From a virus, in the IMG/VR virus record IMGVR_UViG_3300045988_039638: DNA of 32,357 nucleotides; one strand, written 5' to 3'. The first letter of the stretch is position 1. Each line of letters starts with the position of its first letter. Positions 31,747 through 32,357 of this stretch are shown one piece after another. Both the position numbers and the translations under genes were made by a program. The notes beneath the pieces were generated by a model that saw nothing but the letters and a program-made list of their open reading frames with translations, had not been told where the DNA came from and searched no databases.

Positions 31747-32199
31747 CTAAAGAAAATCTCTGTCACTTTCATTTGCAAATTTTTGTTGGTCTATCCTTGC
31801 TTTTAAGTATGCAACTTTTTCTTCTATTGTCATGCCGTCAAACGCTGATTTTTCCTGTCCTTTTCGTTCATAACCGCTATTTTTAATCCATCCTTTAACT
31901 TCTTCTCTACCTTTTTCAATATTTTTAATCAATTCCTTCCTATCTGTTGGATATAGCATTCGACATCTGCCGTTGTATTCTTTACGCAAATATCCTTTTT
32001 TAACAAGGCTATTGATCCAATTTTTAACGGACCTTACACTTTTGCCCATTGCATTAGCAATAGATTCATTAGTTTCACGATAAATAAGGCTTTCATCTGA
32101 AAGGCTTTTTACACGTCCTAAGATATATGCTTCTTCTAATGTCAAACCTTTTTCAGCGAAATCTTTGTCAACCATTATAAATTTTTCTTCTGCACTCAT
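31747..32199 (-). CDS. Winged-HTH DNA-binding protein; candidate replication initiator or replisome organiser
   Basis: 150 aa. ESIANAMGKSVRSVKNWINSLVKKGYLRK is a wHTH pattern. It is the first gene of the early operon, directly upstream of the helicase and downstream of the direct repeats. Confidence 0.55.
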   Translation of the reverse strand: MSAEEKFIMVDKDFAEKGLTLEEAYILGRVKSLSDESLIYRETNESIANAMGKSVRSVKNWINSLVKKGYLRKEYNGRCRMLYPTDRKELIKNIEKGREEVKGWIKNSGYERKGQEKSAFDGMTIEEKVAYLKARIDQQKFANESDRDFL

Positions 32200-32233
32200 A
32201 ATATATCCTCCTATGTGCTTTTATATTTAAATG

Positions 32234-32277
32234 GGCATTTCTTGCCTTGTAGGCATTTCTGCCTTGTAGGCATTTCT
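32234..32277. repeat. Three direct repeats (iteron- or operator-like) in the early leader
   Basis: GGCATTTCT occurs at 32234, 32252 and 32269, giving periods of 18 and 17 bp. The first two units extend to GGCATTTCT(T)GCCTTGTA. The array is flanked by the inverted repeat AAATGGG (32229-32235) / CCCATTT (32280-32286). Confidence 0.8.
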
Positions 32278-32296
32278 TACCCATTTCTATACTTAC

Positions 32297-32325
32297 ATAC
32301 TACATCGCTTTTATATCATAGTCAA
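32297..32325 (-). promoter_or_regulatory. Early promoter of the replication operon
   Basis: Minus strand: TTGACT (32325..32320), 17-nt spacer, TAGTAT (32302..32297). The repeats lie between it and the AGGAGG RBS. Confidence 0.6.
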
Positions 32326-32357
32326 GCCATAGTATGAATATTCTTAGACAAAAAGAA
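32303..32357. repeat. 55-bp terminal direct repeat, copy 2
   Basis: Identical to nt 1-55. Confidence 0.9.

Noticed and set aside
32234-32277. A mini-CRISPR array.
   Set aside because: There are only three 9-18-bp units with a 17-18-bp period, no unique spacers and no cas genes. The location in a promoter leader fits operators or iterons.
1-32357. Stop-codon reassignment (TAG or TGA recoding) as an explanation for the interrupted genes.
   Set aside because: - TAG, TAA and TGA all terminate confidently assigned genes. Examples are TAG at 3944 and 11333, TGA at 27003 and 29774, and TAA at 3034.
- Reading through the in-frame stops gives worse continuations than the shifted frames.
1-32357. Temperate lifestyle, mobile element, DGR, retron and tRNA signals.
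   Set aside because: - No integrase, recombinase, excisionase, partition gene, reverse transcriptase or transposase-like ORF was found.
- No tRNA-like T-arm (GGTTCGA-type) motif was found.
- The Cro-like HTH alone is not evidence for lysogeny.

Overview
The window is a complete, circularly closed phage genome. Bases 1-55 are identical to 32303-32357, leaving 32302 bp of unique sequence. It is low-GC and siphovirus-like, probably from a Bacillota/Clostridia-type host. All functional calls come from motif recognition, size and synteny only; no homology search was run.

Nearly all genes are on the minus strand, read from high to low coordinates:
- Replication: an early promoter with direct repeats, a wHTH replication-organiser candidate and a DnaB-like helicase.
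- Several orphan early genes, each in its own sigma-A-type promoter/terminator unit.
- A Cro-like HTH, then a YqaJ exonuclease plus RecT, MazG, a tandem paralog pair, SSB and DUF1064.
- An ArpU/RinA-like late regulator, then HNH.
- Morphogenesis: portal, MuF-like protein, DNA methyltransferase, TerL, scaffold, major capsid, neck proteins, major tail protein, G/GT chaperones with a canonical A_AAA_AAC slip site, tape measure, Dit, Gp37-like protein and a receptor-binding candidate.
- A broken fibre-like gene, XkdW/XkdX-like small proteins, two holin-type proteins and an amidase endolysin.
- No integrase, tRNA, CRISPR array or reverse transcriptase was seen.

Two regions depart from this plan.
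1. nt ~56-1600 is about 1.5 kb with no credible ORF.
   - It holds three paralogous minus-strand units, each with a promoter, a 5' hairpin, a CU-rich core and an intrinsic terminator. I read these as a small-RNA family.
   - It also holds a fourth promoter of the same family facing a less AT-rich, hairpin-dense segment.
   - It ends with AT-rich repeats and a polypyrimidine tract.
2. nt 1600-3030 is the only plus-strand coding block.
   - Three near-identical promoter/leader modules each drive a small orphan gene, and there is a small ribbon-helix-helix-like regulator.
   - This is a candidate host-takeover or counter-defence cassette.

Five frame breaks are confined to accessory and fibre genes, four of them at A runs. 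One of these genes also has ACG where its start codon should be. All long core genes are intact.
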